This document shows, in pieces, positions 36,693-48,999 of a stretch of 64,000 nt of DNA. Position 1 is the first letter of the stretch. Each line of letters starts with the position of its first letter. The notes under the pieces are model-generated. The model made no database searches, was not told the origin of the DNA, and was given only the letters and a program-made list of their open reading frames with translations. The DNA comes from Chiloscyllium plagiosum. Its lineage: Eukaryota. A program made the position numbers and the translations under genes. The DNA is taken from NCBI RefSeq assembly GCF_004010195.1, contig NC_057733.1, forward strand, positions 25,341,058 to 25,405,057, read 5' to 3'.

Positions 36693-38243
36693 TCATAGAA
36701 CATAGAACATAGAAGAATACAGCGCAGTACAGGCCCTTCGGCCCTCGATGTTGCGCCGATCCAAGCCCACCTACTCTACACTAGCCCACTATCCTCCATA
36801 TGCCTATCCAATGCCCGCTTAAATGCCCATAATGAGGGAGAGTCCACCACTGCTACTGGCAGGGCATTCCATGAACTCACGACTCACTGAGTAAAGAACC
36901 TACCCCTGACATCTGTCCTATACCTAACCCCCCTTAATTTAAAGCTATGAGACTGAGGAAGTCATGGATACCACGTTTACCAAGCTGGTCACATCACCAG
37001 GAAGGGCTAAACAGACAGAGAGGAATACGGTGACCACCAGGAAGATGAGTAAGCGTTAGCAGGCAGTGCAGGAGACCCTGTGGCCATCCCCCTCATACAC
37101 AGGTACACTGATTTGGATATGTTTTGGGAGGGGTGGGGGCTGGGAATGGCCTCTCAGTGGAAAGCAGCAGCAGCAGCAGCAGCCAATGTAATGACACCAT
37201 GACCGGCTCTGTTGTACAGCAGGGAGGGTCGATGTGTAGGTGAGCTGTNNNNNNNNNNNNNNNNNNNNNNNNNNNNNNNNNNNNNNNNNNNNNNNNNNNN
37301 NNNNNNNNNNNNNNNNNNNNNNNNNNNNNNNNNNNNNNNNNNNNNNNNNNNNNNNNNNNNNNNNNNNNNNNNNNNNNNNNNNNNNNNNNNNNNNNNNNNN
37401 NNNNNNNNNNNNNNNNNNNNNNNNNNNNNNNNNNNNNNNNNNNNNNNNNNNNNNNNNNNNNNNNNNNNNNNNNNNNNNNNNNNNNNNNNNNNNNNNNNNN
37501 NNNNNNNNNNNNNNNNNNNNNNNNNNNNNNNNNNNNNNNNNNNNNNNNNNNNNNNNNNNNNNNNNNNNNNNNNNNNNNNNNNNNNNNNNNNNNNNNNNNN
37601 NNNNNNNNNNNNNNNNNNNNNNNNNNNNNNNNNNNNNNNNNNNNNNNNNNNNNNNNNNNNNNNNNNNNNNNNNNNNNNNNNNNNNNNNNNNNNNNNNNNN
37701 NNNNNNNNNNNNNNNNNNNNNNNNNNNNNNNNNNNNNNNNNNNNNNNNNNNNNNNNNNNNNNNNNNNNNNNNNNNNNNNNNNNNNNNNNNNNNNNNNNNN
37801 NNNNNNNNNNNNNNNNNNNNNNNNNNNNNNNNNNNNNNNNNNNNNNNNNNNNNNNNNNNNNNNNNNNNNNNNNNNNNNNNNNNNNNNNNNNNNNNNNNNN
37901 NNNNNNNNNNNNNNNNNNNNNNNNNNNNNNNNNNNNNNNNNNNNNNATTTCCAATACCTCTTCTCTACATACCTCAAAGCCATCCATTCTACTTATTTGT
38001 GACTCAGTACTCACATTGACAACAATGTCCTGTTCCTGAGTGAATACTGACGAAAAGTATTCATTCAGTGTCTCCCCAATCTCTTCAGCCTCCACACGCA
38101 ACTTCCCACTACTATCCTTGACTGGACCTATTCCTACCCTAGTCATTCTTTTATTCCTGACATACCTATAGAAAGCCTTAGGGTTTTCCCTAATCCTACC
38201 AACTAAGGACCTTTCATGTCCCCTCCTTGCTGCTCTTAGCTCT
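36693..38243. mobile_element. CR1 pieces around an assembly gap (minus tail 36693-36948, plus ORF1 fragment 36949-37248, minus ORF2 fragment 37947-38243)
   Basis: (CATAGAA)n tail; ETEEVMDTTFTKLVT resembles ORF1 DAEEVVDSTFSELVT; RIRENPKAFYRYVRNKR..LNEYFSSVFT is ORF2. Confidence 0.85.
37249..37946. other. Assembly gap (698 N)
   Basis: Run of n. Confidence 1.
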
Positions 38244-39025
38244 GAAGGAGGGGACATGTCTCCACTGTCTCCAATTAATTGCGCACAGAATCAAATTTAA
38301 TCAATTACAGGAAGAAAAGTGGATGCAAATCTATGAACAAATTTGCTCCATCACTAAGTCTAACATATGCGACATGGAGCTGAGATGGCAGCAGTTCCAA
38401 ATTATTAATTCTTCGTTAATGCACAAATTGACAAAATATTGCTTATAAAGCAAATATGTGAAGTTTTATGTACTTATAGTTGATTACAATGAGCCATCAT
38501 GTGTGTAACAAGACAGTGTCAGCAAACTGTATGGTTGCATGGGACTGATAAAGTTTCTTCTGCATGGTAAAATCAATACAGAGGACACCCAAGGACATCT
38601 GTGTAGACAATGTGGCTGAACATCAACATACTGTTATCTGCCATCATCTACGTATGTTTCAATTATGTTGCAGTGTGAGAAGATTTACAGAATCATTTTC
38701 TCTTCCGTCCTTATCTCAAGCCAAGTGTAGGATTAACATTGCTGTTCATGTCCACCTAATTTGCACAGATTCAAAAGTTGCATCTTTTGCAGGCTTTGCA
38801 TGTCATGCCACCCTGTAAAACTATGTGTCTTTATCCAGTTCTCACTGCACATCTTGCTACAAGCATCACAAGAGAACAAAAACTATCTATAAGAAGTCTG
38901 ACAGTTTTTAATTGCATGTTTGCACCCAATCAGTTGATTGTCGTAGTTAGCAACATGCATTCTAAAACTCAGCACATCGTTCAAATTAAAATAAATGGTA
39001 ACTAGACATTGCTACAAGTTCTATT

Positions 39026-40071
39026 TCTCTCTGAGGGTTCTGATTCTTTGGAATTCCCTTCCTCAAAAGGCAGTGAATTCCCTTCCTCAAAAGAATCTTT
39101 AAATATTTTTAAGGCAGTGGTAGATAGATTCTGGATTATCAAGGGGATGAAGTATTATCAGGATATGGAAGAAGATAGAATTGAGGTTAAAATCTAATCA
39201 GCCGTGATCTTATTGAATGTTGAGCAATTTTGAAAGGCTGAGTAGCCTACTGTTGTTCCTTTGCCCGAAACGTCACATCGATTTCAAAGCTCCTTGGATG
39301 CTGCCTGAACTGCTGTGCTCTTCCAGCACCACTAATCCAGATACTGTTGTTCCTAGTTGGTATGTTCAGATAAGTTATGGAGAGCCAATAACCTGGTCAA
39401 AGTAGCAATAGGAAAGCAGTAGTAAATGGAAGACAGACAAATTATAGGGTGGGAACAATCAGAGCTATAAAGCTCTAACTAAGATAAACTTTCTACTGTT
39501 ATTAGATTTTAAATACTCTTTGAGGCTTAAAATCATGCAATAGTTTTCATTTTAAAACAAGAACTTCTCAAGCAACAGGATGAATTTATTCTATTAGCAC
39601 TTTGATTATTTGAGGCACAAAGGTTTGACTGTTTTGAATTTAAACTCATGATTAGATTAGGTTAGATTCCCTACAGTGTGGAAACAGGCCCTTTGGCCCA
39701 ACAAGTCCACACTGACCCTCTGAAGAGCAACCCACCCAGACCCATTTCTCTCTTGCTAATGCACCTAACACTATGGGCAATTTAGCATGGCCAATTTACC
39801 TAATCTGCACATCTTTTGACTGTGGGAGGAACCCATGAATTTATATGAACACAAATTAATCTGATAACTATGATGTAATTGCAGAAATATATTTTATAAA
39901 ACAAGGAAGACTTCCAAGTAATTAATATCTAATATCTGGAAAGGTTTCATCCCCTTGATAATCCAAAATCTATCTACCACTGCCTTAACGATATTTAAAG
40001 ATTCTTTTGAGGAAGGGAATTCACTGCCTTTTGAGGAAGGGAATTCCAAAGAATCAGAACCCTCAGAGAGA
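39026..40071. repeat. 126-bp inverted duplication (arms 39026-39151 and 39946-40071) of a CR1 3' fragment
   Basis: Arms are reverse complements with few mismatches and share a private internal duplication of GAATTCCCTTCCTCAAAAG. Confidence 0.9.
39650..39835 (-). mobile_element. HE1-type SINE 3' half
   Basis: GATTAGATTAG..CCCTACAGTGTGGAAACAGGCCC..GGCAATTTAGCATGGCCAAT. Confidence 0.8.
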
Positions 40072-40094
40072 GAAAAAAAATGTTTCCTCCTCTA

Positions 40095-40460
40095 TGGCTG
40101 TGCATAGGATGCCTGAGAGCTGACTGCCAGAGCAAATCTTTGCACAGCTCAAGTAAAGCACTTGAGCGCGAGGAAGAAAAAGGAAGGGCATGAAGGACTG
40201 GTGAAGGCTTCCCTTAAGAAATGTAACATAAATGTCATGCATGAGAGTCACTCCTTCAGAAGAAATTGACATGAAGCAATCGCCTGTATCTTTGAGAATG
40301 CCTCCTGACAGAAAAGGTACAGGAGAAAGCAATGCCAGTGATCTCGAAGCCAAGGACCAATCCAACACCAGAAACATCTGCCAAATGCATGGTCAGAGAC
40401 ACAGCCCTAGATCGGGCTCATCAGTTGCTCTAGGACCCACAGAATCTATGACCAGTAACA
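40095..40460 (+). mobile_element. RTE-clade LINE 3' remnant
   Basis: HRMPES*LPEQIFAQLK*ST*ARGRKRK..KASLKKCNI resembles the RTE C-terminal RMxxxRLPKQI..G.R..G....R.KD.LK motif. Confidence 0.6.
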
Positions 40461-41502
40461 CAGAATTCTCTAGATGGACAATTATTCTCATTAGGAGTAA
40501 TTGCTGATGGCGACATCCATTATCTTTGTTGAATTCTTCCATTCTGTGACTTCTATACATAATTAATGTAGCATCTTTTCTCAGTCTTTCCCATAATCTC
40601 CAACTGTAACAGTTCTGGATTTTTATTCCCTCCATCTACAGCCTAGTAGCTTTTCTAATTCTCTTCACACTGCTTCTAAGAATCGACTCAGCCTTGCAAG
40701 TTCCTTGCATTGCTTATTTTTATGCTTTACTAGGTTTCTTTATTTAACTAAAATGGCAAAATCTCAGAGAGAGCATGATATTAAAGCAACACTCTATGGC
40801 AGTATGTGCAAATTGATCAGAAAGTGCCTTTTCACATTTTTACAGTGTTGTACAGTGTCTGTACAGTGCCTACAATCAAAATATTATGTTCTAAATAACT
40901 GAGAAAGTGTAAAAACTGAATTATGAAACAAAATCTTGGTTACCCTGGAGGAATTTTAGCCACCTGCAATTATAAATCAAAGAATTCCACAGATATGTTG
41001 TTGAAAACAAGTTCAGGAAATATGGATATCAGTCATGACATCTCAGTGTGATGTTTAAACTAACCACTAAATGTCAGCTCTCTCTCTCACTGCCTCAGTT
41101 TTTCCTTTTTAATTAGCTATACAACTTCCTTTCATTTAGTTTACAATATCTTGAATATGCTATTAATGTCAGTATCAGGACATTTCTGTGACCATTATAT
41201 GAACTCTCTTTTCATATTACTTATGTTAAAGTTTAAATGATGTTTTAAATTACATTCAATCTAACCTATTAAATTTGGAATGATCATATTTAAATATTGT
41301 GATGATGATAAATGTAACTGCTTTAACTGTTTTTTCTATCAACGGGTATTCTGATTTTTCTCCCATTATATTGGAAACTGTTTTTCATTCAGAGTGCCTC
41401 TCCTAAATACCTCACTAAAGACTTTACACCCACTTTTTGAATAACAATGGCAAACTTGCTTCCAACTGCTCTGCAATTGAATGGTTCATTGATATATTGA
41501 TG

Positions 41503-41841
41503 GTTTGGAGATGGACTGGGGTGTACAAAGTTAAAAATCACAACACCAGGTTATAGTCCAACAAGTTTAATTGGAAGCACTAGCTTTCGGAGCGACGCTC
41601 CTTCATCAGGTGGTTGTGGAGGACACAATTGTAGGCACAGAATTTATAGCAAAAATTTACAGTGTGATGTAACTGAAATTATACATAGAAAAATATCTTG
41701 ATTGTTTGTTGAGTCTTTCATTTGTTCGAATACCATGATAGTTTAACTTCTTTCATGTGTAAATCACAAAACTTTTTTTAAAAAATTGCATTCTCAGGTT
41801 AGCTGTAACAATTAGTGTTAGCTAGACAATATGTATAGCTA
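41503..41841 (-). mobile_element. PLE 3' terminal fragment with intact hammerhead core and 12-bp TSD
   Basis: TSD GATATATTGATG at 41491-41502 and 41842-41853; same terminus as the GIY-YIG-bearing element at 42919-44740. Confidence 0.85.
41570..41618 (-). ncRNA. Minimal hammerhead ribozyme-like motif
   Basis: Minus strand CTGATGA-A-GGAGC-GTC-GCTCC-GAAA-GC-TAGT-GC-TTC: both catalytic boxes, perfect 5-bp stem II, short stem III. Confidence 0.7.
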
Positions 41842-41894
41842 GATATATTGATGATCTCTTTGTACCAAATACAGTGAACTGAGAGCAAATTGCC

Positions 41895-42175
41895 TACTTG
41901 AGTTATTGCTAGACTATTAATCCAGTGATCCAGTAATATTTTGGGGTAGGTGGTAGAATTTGAATTCAATAAATTCTGCAATTAAGACTCAAAGGTTACC
42001 ATGAATTGTATTTGGGGAAAACCCATCTGGATCACCAATGTTCTTTCTGGAAGGAAATCTGCCCTTCTTATCAAGTGTGACCTACATGTGACTCCAGCCC
42101 CACAGCTGATTGGTTGACTCTTAACAAACCTCTGGGCAATTATGGATGGTCAATAAATATTGGTCTAGCCTGTGA
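41895..42175 (+). mobile_element. Deu-domain SINE (SacSINE1-like)
   Basis: AAAACCCATCTGG.TCAC.AATG..TT...GGAAGGAAATCTGCC..CTTA....GT.TG.CCTACATGTGACTCCAG.CCCACAGC..TGGTTGACTCTTAAC core; inverted copy at 62420-62750. Confidence 0.7.
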
Positions 42176-42918
42176 ATTAATTTAAATGTCAACCATGAGC
42201 TTGACAGGGATTTGGGAATTGCTTATTTTACTGCTTTCTCCAACTCAAATTTAAAATATCTATTTATTTTACTTGTATTATCCAGGTACTCATCAAAAAT
42301 TTTAGCTATCAAAATGGAAAATCTTTCTTCGTGGGTAAGGAACTATTAGCTCTGTTTTGTGGACAAAGAACATTGACTGATTTAGTTTTGTTAATCTTTA
42401 TACTGAGGCAACAAATGTAGCTAATAAAAGTTGACATCTTGTTACTTTGTGGTCTTTCTTTTTGTAAAGATGATATTCAAGGCTCAGTGTTGAAATGACA
42501 ATGACTTTTCAACGCTGAACCGCCTGTGGTTTCCTTTTCTTGTCAAACATTATTAAGGTGACCTTTTTTAGCTAGCGTCAATACTGCTTGCAGTTTTTAC
42601 ACTGGTTGAAATCTATGTTTATAACAACATCTTGCTCTATCAAGTTCACTTAACATAAAGTATCTTGGGTGTGTCACAGAAGTCAAATTATTATTTAAAA
42701 AAATTGAACACTGATTAATTATGCAAGATAGAATAAAATGTGTGACTGAGGGCAAGAAAAGAGGTGTTTCTGAATGAGCTACTTTGCAAGGATTATGTAA
42801 TCTGGCAGAATGGCAAAATTATTTTTGAGTTACATGTAGCAAGCTCATTGGATTACATACGATCATCGTTTATTTTATCATCACCACCTAAAGGCAAAAT
42901 CAGCCTCATTTAACTTAG

Positions 42919-44740
42919 TTAAAAATCACACAACACTCGGTTATAGACCAACAGGTTTATTTGGAAGCACTAGCTTTTGATGCGATGCTCCTTCATCAAG
43001 TGGTTATGGAGTATAAGATCATAGGACACAGAATTTATAGCAAAAGTTTACAGTGTGATGTAACTGAAATCGTATATTGAAAAAGAACTGGATTGTTAAG
43101 TGAACTTTAACAATAGGTGCCATGTCGACCCAGGTAATGCATTGATGGTGGGAGGTGCCCTGTGTGAGGCTTTCTGTGTCCCAATATTCAACATGATTCT
43201 AATCTAAAAAAAAGGGATGTACAGAATCTTACATGGATTCATGCAGTTTTTGAGCAAAAGAAAATGTAATTCTGCAAGTACAAATTCACCCCACAAACTT
43301 ATATGTGCGCTTGTGCGTGTGCGGAGGCATCATGAATGCCTGTGAGAGTGTGTATATGTTTATATGTGTGAGTGAGTGTAAAGGGGTATAAGTCTGTGAG
43401 AGGGTGCATGTGTGAGTGTGGGAGTGTATGTGCCAGCGAATGAGAGTGTGTGTGTGTGTGTGTATAGTGCATGGGCCCGGGTAAGGCCATCCCCATGGGT
43501 ACCAAACTTTTCGCTGCTGCCTATCCTGAAATCCGTCTTGGAGGATGGTCACCCGAATGTCCGAAGTCGAATGTCCCGGACCTGCTGAAGTGTTCTCCGA
43601 CTTGGAGGGAACACTGCTGTCTGTTGATTGTTGTGCAGTGCCCAGTCATCCGTTGCTGTAGCCTCTGCTTGGTCTCGCCAGTGTACAAGGCCTTAGGGCA
43701 TCCTTGCCTACAGCGTATGAGATAAACAACATTGTCTACCCTATATGCTGAGGCAAGGATGCCCTGAGGCATGGTACATTGGCTATGGCAACGGATGAAT
43801 GGACACCGCACAACAATCAACACATCTCCCAGTCGGAGAACACTTTAGCGGTCTGGGACATTCGACCTTGGACCTTCAGGTGACCATCCTCCAAGGCAGA
43901 CTTCGGAACAGACAACAATGCAAAGTGGCCAAGCAGAGGCTGATAACCAAGCTCTTTACGCATGGGGATGGCCTCAACCAGACCTTGGGTTCATGTCACA
44001 CTACAGGTGACCCACTGCACTTCGCATTTCATGCGCACACACGCACACTCCTACAGACCCATACACTTGAGTAGACCCTCTCTCATACACAAGCTCTCTC
44101 TCATTCGCACACACATACATTCCCAAACTCATGCACAGACCTCTCACAGATTTATACCCATTTACACTCACATTCACACACATGCACATACACACACTGT
44201 CTCACAGGCACTCATAATGCCCCCGCACATGCACAAACACACATATAAGTTTGTGGGATGAATTTGTACTTGCAGAATTACATTTTAATTTGCTCAAAAA
44301 CTGCATGAATCCATGTAAAATTCTGTACATCCCTTTTTTAGATTAGAATCAGTCCAAACATTGGGCACAGACAGCCTCACACTTCACACCTTCAATGCAT
44401 TATCTGGGCCAACACGGCACCTATTGTTAAAGTTCACTTGAGAATATAGCTTTAGGAAAGTTCTGGGATTTACATATGAAAGAACTGAAACCAACATGCC
44501 CATTCTAAAAGATGAGAGACTTAACAAACAATCCAGGTCTTTTTCAATATATAATTTCAGTTACACCACACTGTAAACTTTTGCTATACATTCCGTGTCC
44601 TACGATCTTAGACTACACAACCACCTGAAGAAGAAGCAGCGCTCTGAAAGCTCGTGCTTCCAATAAACCTGTAGGACTATAACCTGGTGTTGTGTGATTT
44701 TTAACTTTGTCCACCGAAGTCCAACACCAGCTCCTGCAAA
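42919..44740. mobile_element. Penelope-like element as a 1.8-kb fold-back (two inverted 3' ends) with 13-bp TSD
   Basis: TSD TCATTTAACTTAG at 42906-42918 and 44741-44753; GIY-YIG remnants on both strands (minus NVVYLIRCRQGCPKALYTGETKQRLQQRMTGH; plus LPVGEHFSGLGH..LITKLFTHGDGLN); mirrored (CA)-rich tracts; inversion point ~43740. Confidence 0.9.
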
Positions 44741-46461
44741 TCATTTAACTTAGAGAGATTTGGGCTAATTCATATTTTGCACCTTACATGGAGTTTGAAA
44801 GACTTTGCTGTATTAACAAAATTTAAGTAATGTTACTTTTGTTTTTACATAACTTCTTTGAGCCAAATGATAAATTTCATGACCAGTGCCTGCTCAGTTC
44901 TCTTGTCAATACTGCTATTGAGCCAAGAGTAGAATACACACAAAGAATGCAAAAGCCAGAACTGGAAGGATAGAATGTTCCCCTCTCTGGACAGTTATTG
45001 GCAATAAGAAGGAAGTTGGGAAAATACAGCAAGAATGAAAGAACATGTAATCTCAATGTCAAGAAAAGATTTCCCAAATATCTCCATAAACTTCAAACAG
45101 TAATTTCAGAACCTCACCATTAAGCTGTGGCTACATCCTTGCCATGCATTTGCATCTGGCTCTGCTCACCTGCTTTCTAAACCACATCCAATTCTCCTCT
45201 CCTCACACAAGATGCTAAATAATGCCAATTCCTGACATGAAAATCAAATTGGACACCTGGTGGCTGCAGCTCACTGAATGTTTGTCCCAGCCTTTATCCA
45301 ACTATGTCCTCACCACAATTAATAAATCTGCTGCACAAACCCTGTGGAACACATATGTAATATTTCAATCTACAGCTGCATTAAAGAATTTCTTTACATA
45401 GCTTAATAAAGCCAAACTGCACTCAATTTCACCATTATAGTAGAGCAATCAAACAAGGTCTCCTTTCTCAATGTGTTCATTGAGAAATCTGAAAAAGACT
45501 TTTAAAAATGAATTACTGAAATTCAGGTGCACTGTGGCCATGGAGAGATTTGAGTATGAGAAGCTTTTAAAATAAAATCCAGGCTGGGAAACTCCATTTG
45601 TGATAATCGAAGGCATCTTTCATGCTGTGAAATAGTATTACGCATCAGAGAATTCCAAGATTATGGGAAAAGGAAGGAACATAGAGTTGAGGGTTATCAG
45701 ATCAGTCACGATCTCATTGAATGGCAGAGCAGACTCGATGGGCTCAATGGGCTTCTACTCTGATGTCTTATGATCTTATTATTGGATCTCAGGATATCTA
45801 TGACTCGTATACTTCTCCAGGATTATTTAGTACACAGGGACACACAGACATCTCTTGCATCTAAGCAGCGTCCACCATATGGCTCCTAGCTCATTTCTTA
45901 AGACTCATTTAATTTATGCTTACTTGTAGGTTATCAGGCTCTATGGCTTGCACCGCTTTTTAACGCAGAGGCAGAGGCCGGTAGCTTGACATAGTTCAAA
46001 ACATTGAACAGCCAAGGAGGTGGACATGTTTGTGTATGGTACCATGTTATATCAACATTGTGCCTACAGCGTGTGCTAGCAGCTTACATGGCAAAATCCA
46101 CTGCACTGGTTCATTTAAAAGCTATGCCATAAAATCAAAGAGAAAACATATCTGGTGGGGCCAAGTGAGATTACTGTCAATCAGAAGGTGCCTCCAAAGT
46201 TGCCAAGGGGTTTTTCTGATTACATTACCGGGAGTGAGGCGCTTTGTCCAATCGGAGCCTGGGGATCGGTGTCATTGTAAACCTTGCAAGGATTGGACCA
46301 CATTCAGTCCTGCATGTCAAATGCAACCAGCCCAGGGATTACAGGTTAGTTAGTCAGCTGGAGTGTTGCGCAGACATCAGTCTGGAGGCTGGGCCATACT
46401 CAGTCAGGGCCATTTGCCAAGTCAGTCTGAGGTTCAAGTCTGGTCAAGCTTGGTTAGGAGC

Positions 46462-47960
46462 TTAGGAACAGGAGTAGATAATTTAGCTTCTTGGTTCTGA
46501 CTTTCAGTGAGATCATGGATCATCTGTAACCTAATACTATATTACCATATCCCTTAATACCTTTGCTTAACAAAACTTTATCTAGTTCAGATTTAAAATT
46601 AACAACTGATCCAGCATCAATTCCTTTTATGGAAAAAAGTTTCAAACGTCAACCACTCTGTGTGTCGGAATGCTTCCTAACATCTCTCCGCAATGGTTCA
46701 GCCCTAATTCTCATGCTCTGCCCCCCTAGTTATAGAATCCCTGAGTCACTATATTCTTCTTAAAGTATGGTGCCAAATCTGCTCACAGCACTCCAAGTAT
46801 AGTTTAACCAGGGATTTGTATAAACACAACATAATCTCTTCATCCTTATTGATTAGATTCCCTACAGTGTGGAAACAGGCCATTTGGCCCAACAAGTCCA
46901 CACCGACCCTCCAAAGAGTAACCCACCCAGACCCATTCCCATCTGACTAATGCACCTAACTCTATGCAGAATTTAACTTAGCCAATTCACCTGGCCTGCA
47001 CATCTTTGTATTGTGGGAGGAAACCCATGCAGAAATGAGGAGAAAGTGAAAACTCCACACAGTCACCTGAGGCTGGAATCGAACCCAGGTCCCTGGCGGT
47101 GTGAGGCAGCAGAGCGAACCACTGAACCACCGTGCCACCCCAGTCCTCTAGATTTGAGTCCTCTAGATATTAAGAGCAGTGTTCCATTTCTTGATCATTT
47201 TCTGCACCTGTTGGTGATGTTTTAAAGATCTATGCACATGAATACCCATGTCTCTTGGGACGTTTACTGCATTTAACTTCATACCATCAAGAAATTACTC
47301 TGAACTATCCTTTTACAATCCAAGATGGATAAACTCACATTTGCTTACATTGAATTGCATCTGCCGTTGCTTTGCCCATTCATTGGATCTATCAATATCA
47401 CCTTACAATTTTATGCAATCACGTACACTGTCTACATTACCACTCAACTTTGAGTCATCAACAAATTTGGATCAATGACTTTCTATTTAATAAATAATGA
47501 ATAATTGATACCCTATCACATATCCTTGTGGGTCACCTTGCACTCGCATCTACCGATCTATTTTCTGTTACCTGCCATGAACCAACTCCCCAGTCATATC
47601 AGTAATTTGCCATCAATTTCGTAGGCATTTATCTTAGTTAACATTCATTCATGTGGGACTTTATCAAGTGCCTCTGGAAGTCCATATCAACATCCACAGG
47701 CATTCCCCTGTCAACTGTCTTATTCACTTTTTCAAAAACTACAATGAGGGTTGTCAGGCCTGATTGACCTATCATAAATCCATGCTGGCTCTCCCTGATT
47801 AATTGAAAATTTTCAAGGTGATTATAGACTTCAACAATTTCTCCATCACGGATACATGGCCGACTGGTCTGTAATTCCCTGGTTTTCCTATTTTGCATTT
47901 CTTAAAAAGCAAAGTGACGTGCAATTTTCCAATCCAGAGGCAGGACTCCTGTAGCAAGGA
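46462..47960 (-). mobile_element. Decayed CR1 with nested HE1 SINE (46851-47140)
   Basis: HLENFQLIRESQHGFMIGQSGLTTLIVVFEKV..DMDFQ; complete minus-strand SINE inside. Confidence 0.8.
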
Positions 47961-48999
47961 AATACAGATAGATTATAAGTAGGCAATAGTTATAGATTAT
48001 AGTTTGCTCATGAATAGGCAGAGCACTTCATGCAGTCCTGGGGAAAGCAGGCAATTCAATTCTGGCTTCGGATTTCATTGAAGTGGGTCACTGAGGGAGT
48101 GATTAGAGTGAAAGAGGAAATTTCAGATATAGGTTGGAGGGTAACTCCTAGAGCAAGGGGGGACAGGGAGCCCTGAGAAGGGACAGGTGAACAGGGTTGA
48201 TTGTCACTCTGACCCTGATGTGGGAGAATGTATGACCAACGTGGCATGGCAATTGGCAAAGCCGTGGATTCTCGGGGTAAATTGGGCACATTACTGTCCA
48301 CAGAAAGGGGGTGAACAGAAATAGGAGAATGAGGCTAGAAAATAACTGGAGTTTAGGGACAGCAACACAAAAGGTATCATGAAGGATAAGGGAAAGCATA
48401 CTCTATCCTGCCCTATAAATCAGACACAACAACACAAAGTTTAAACCTTGCCACAAGTGGCAATCCAAAGTGAACTGTGCAATAAAGGTATAATATATAG
48501 ATATGACTTTAAGTGATGTGGGCAGTAAGTTAACAAGTAAGTTCCTATTTACCTCTTCTGAGAAGGTGTAAAGATGTTCAAAATTGAGACTCTGCTAGGA
48601 GCAATTGCGTAATTGTGCATCCAGTGATTCAATAACATCACACACCTGGTATCAAATTTCACTTTGAAATGAACAAAATTTGGATGAAAGGGTATGTTTC
48701 TGTGCTGTATGACTCTATGAATCTATTGTTCAAAATTATTATTCAAAAAAACACATTTCAAATTATGGCCTCAAGCAATCATGATGATCATATTGTCTGC
48801 ACTAATTGCCTCTATCGCATGGTACAAAGGTTAGGTCGCATGTTTAAATAGAAGCTATTTAAAAAGAAACTCTATTCAGGGTTATATCAAAAAGTTAGGG
48901 GAATAACAGAAGTCATAACACTCGTTCAGAAGGCCAGTCCATACGTGATGAGCCAAACAGCTTCTTTCTGCACCATAACAGTTCTTAATTCTGGGACTT

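Noticed and set aside
37093-38257. Long ORFs of 259-367 aa
   Set aside because: Artefacts of the N gap; the same applies to 54930-55562.
38373-38395. ATGGAGCTGAGA (MELR) resembling the CSNK1D start
   Set aside because: Continues WQQFQ rather than VGNRYRLGRKIG; coincidence.
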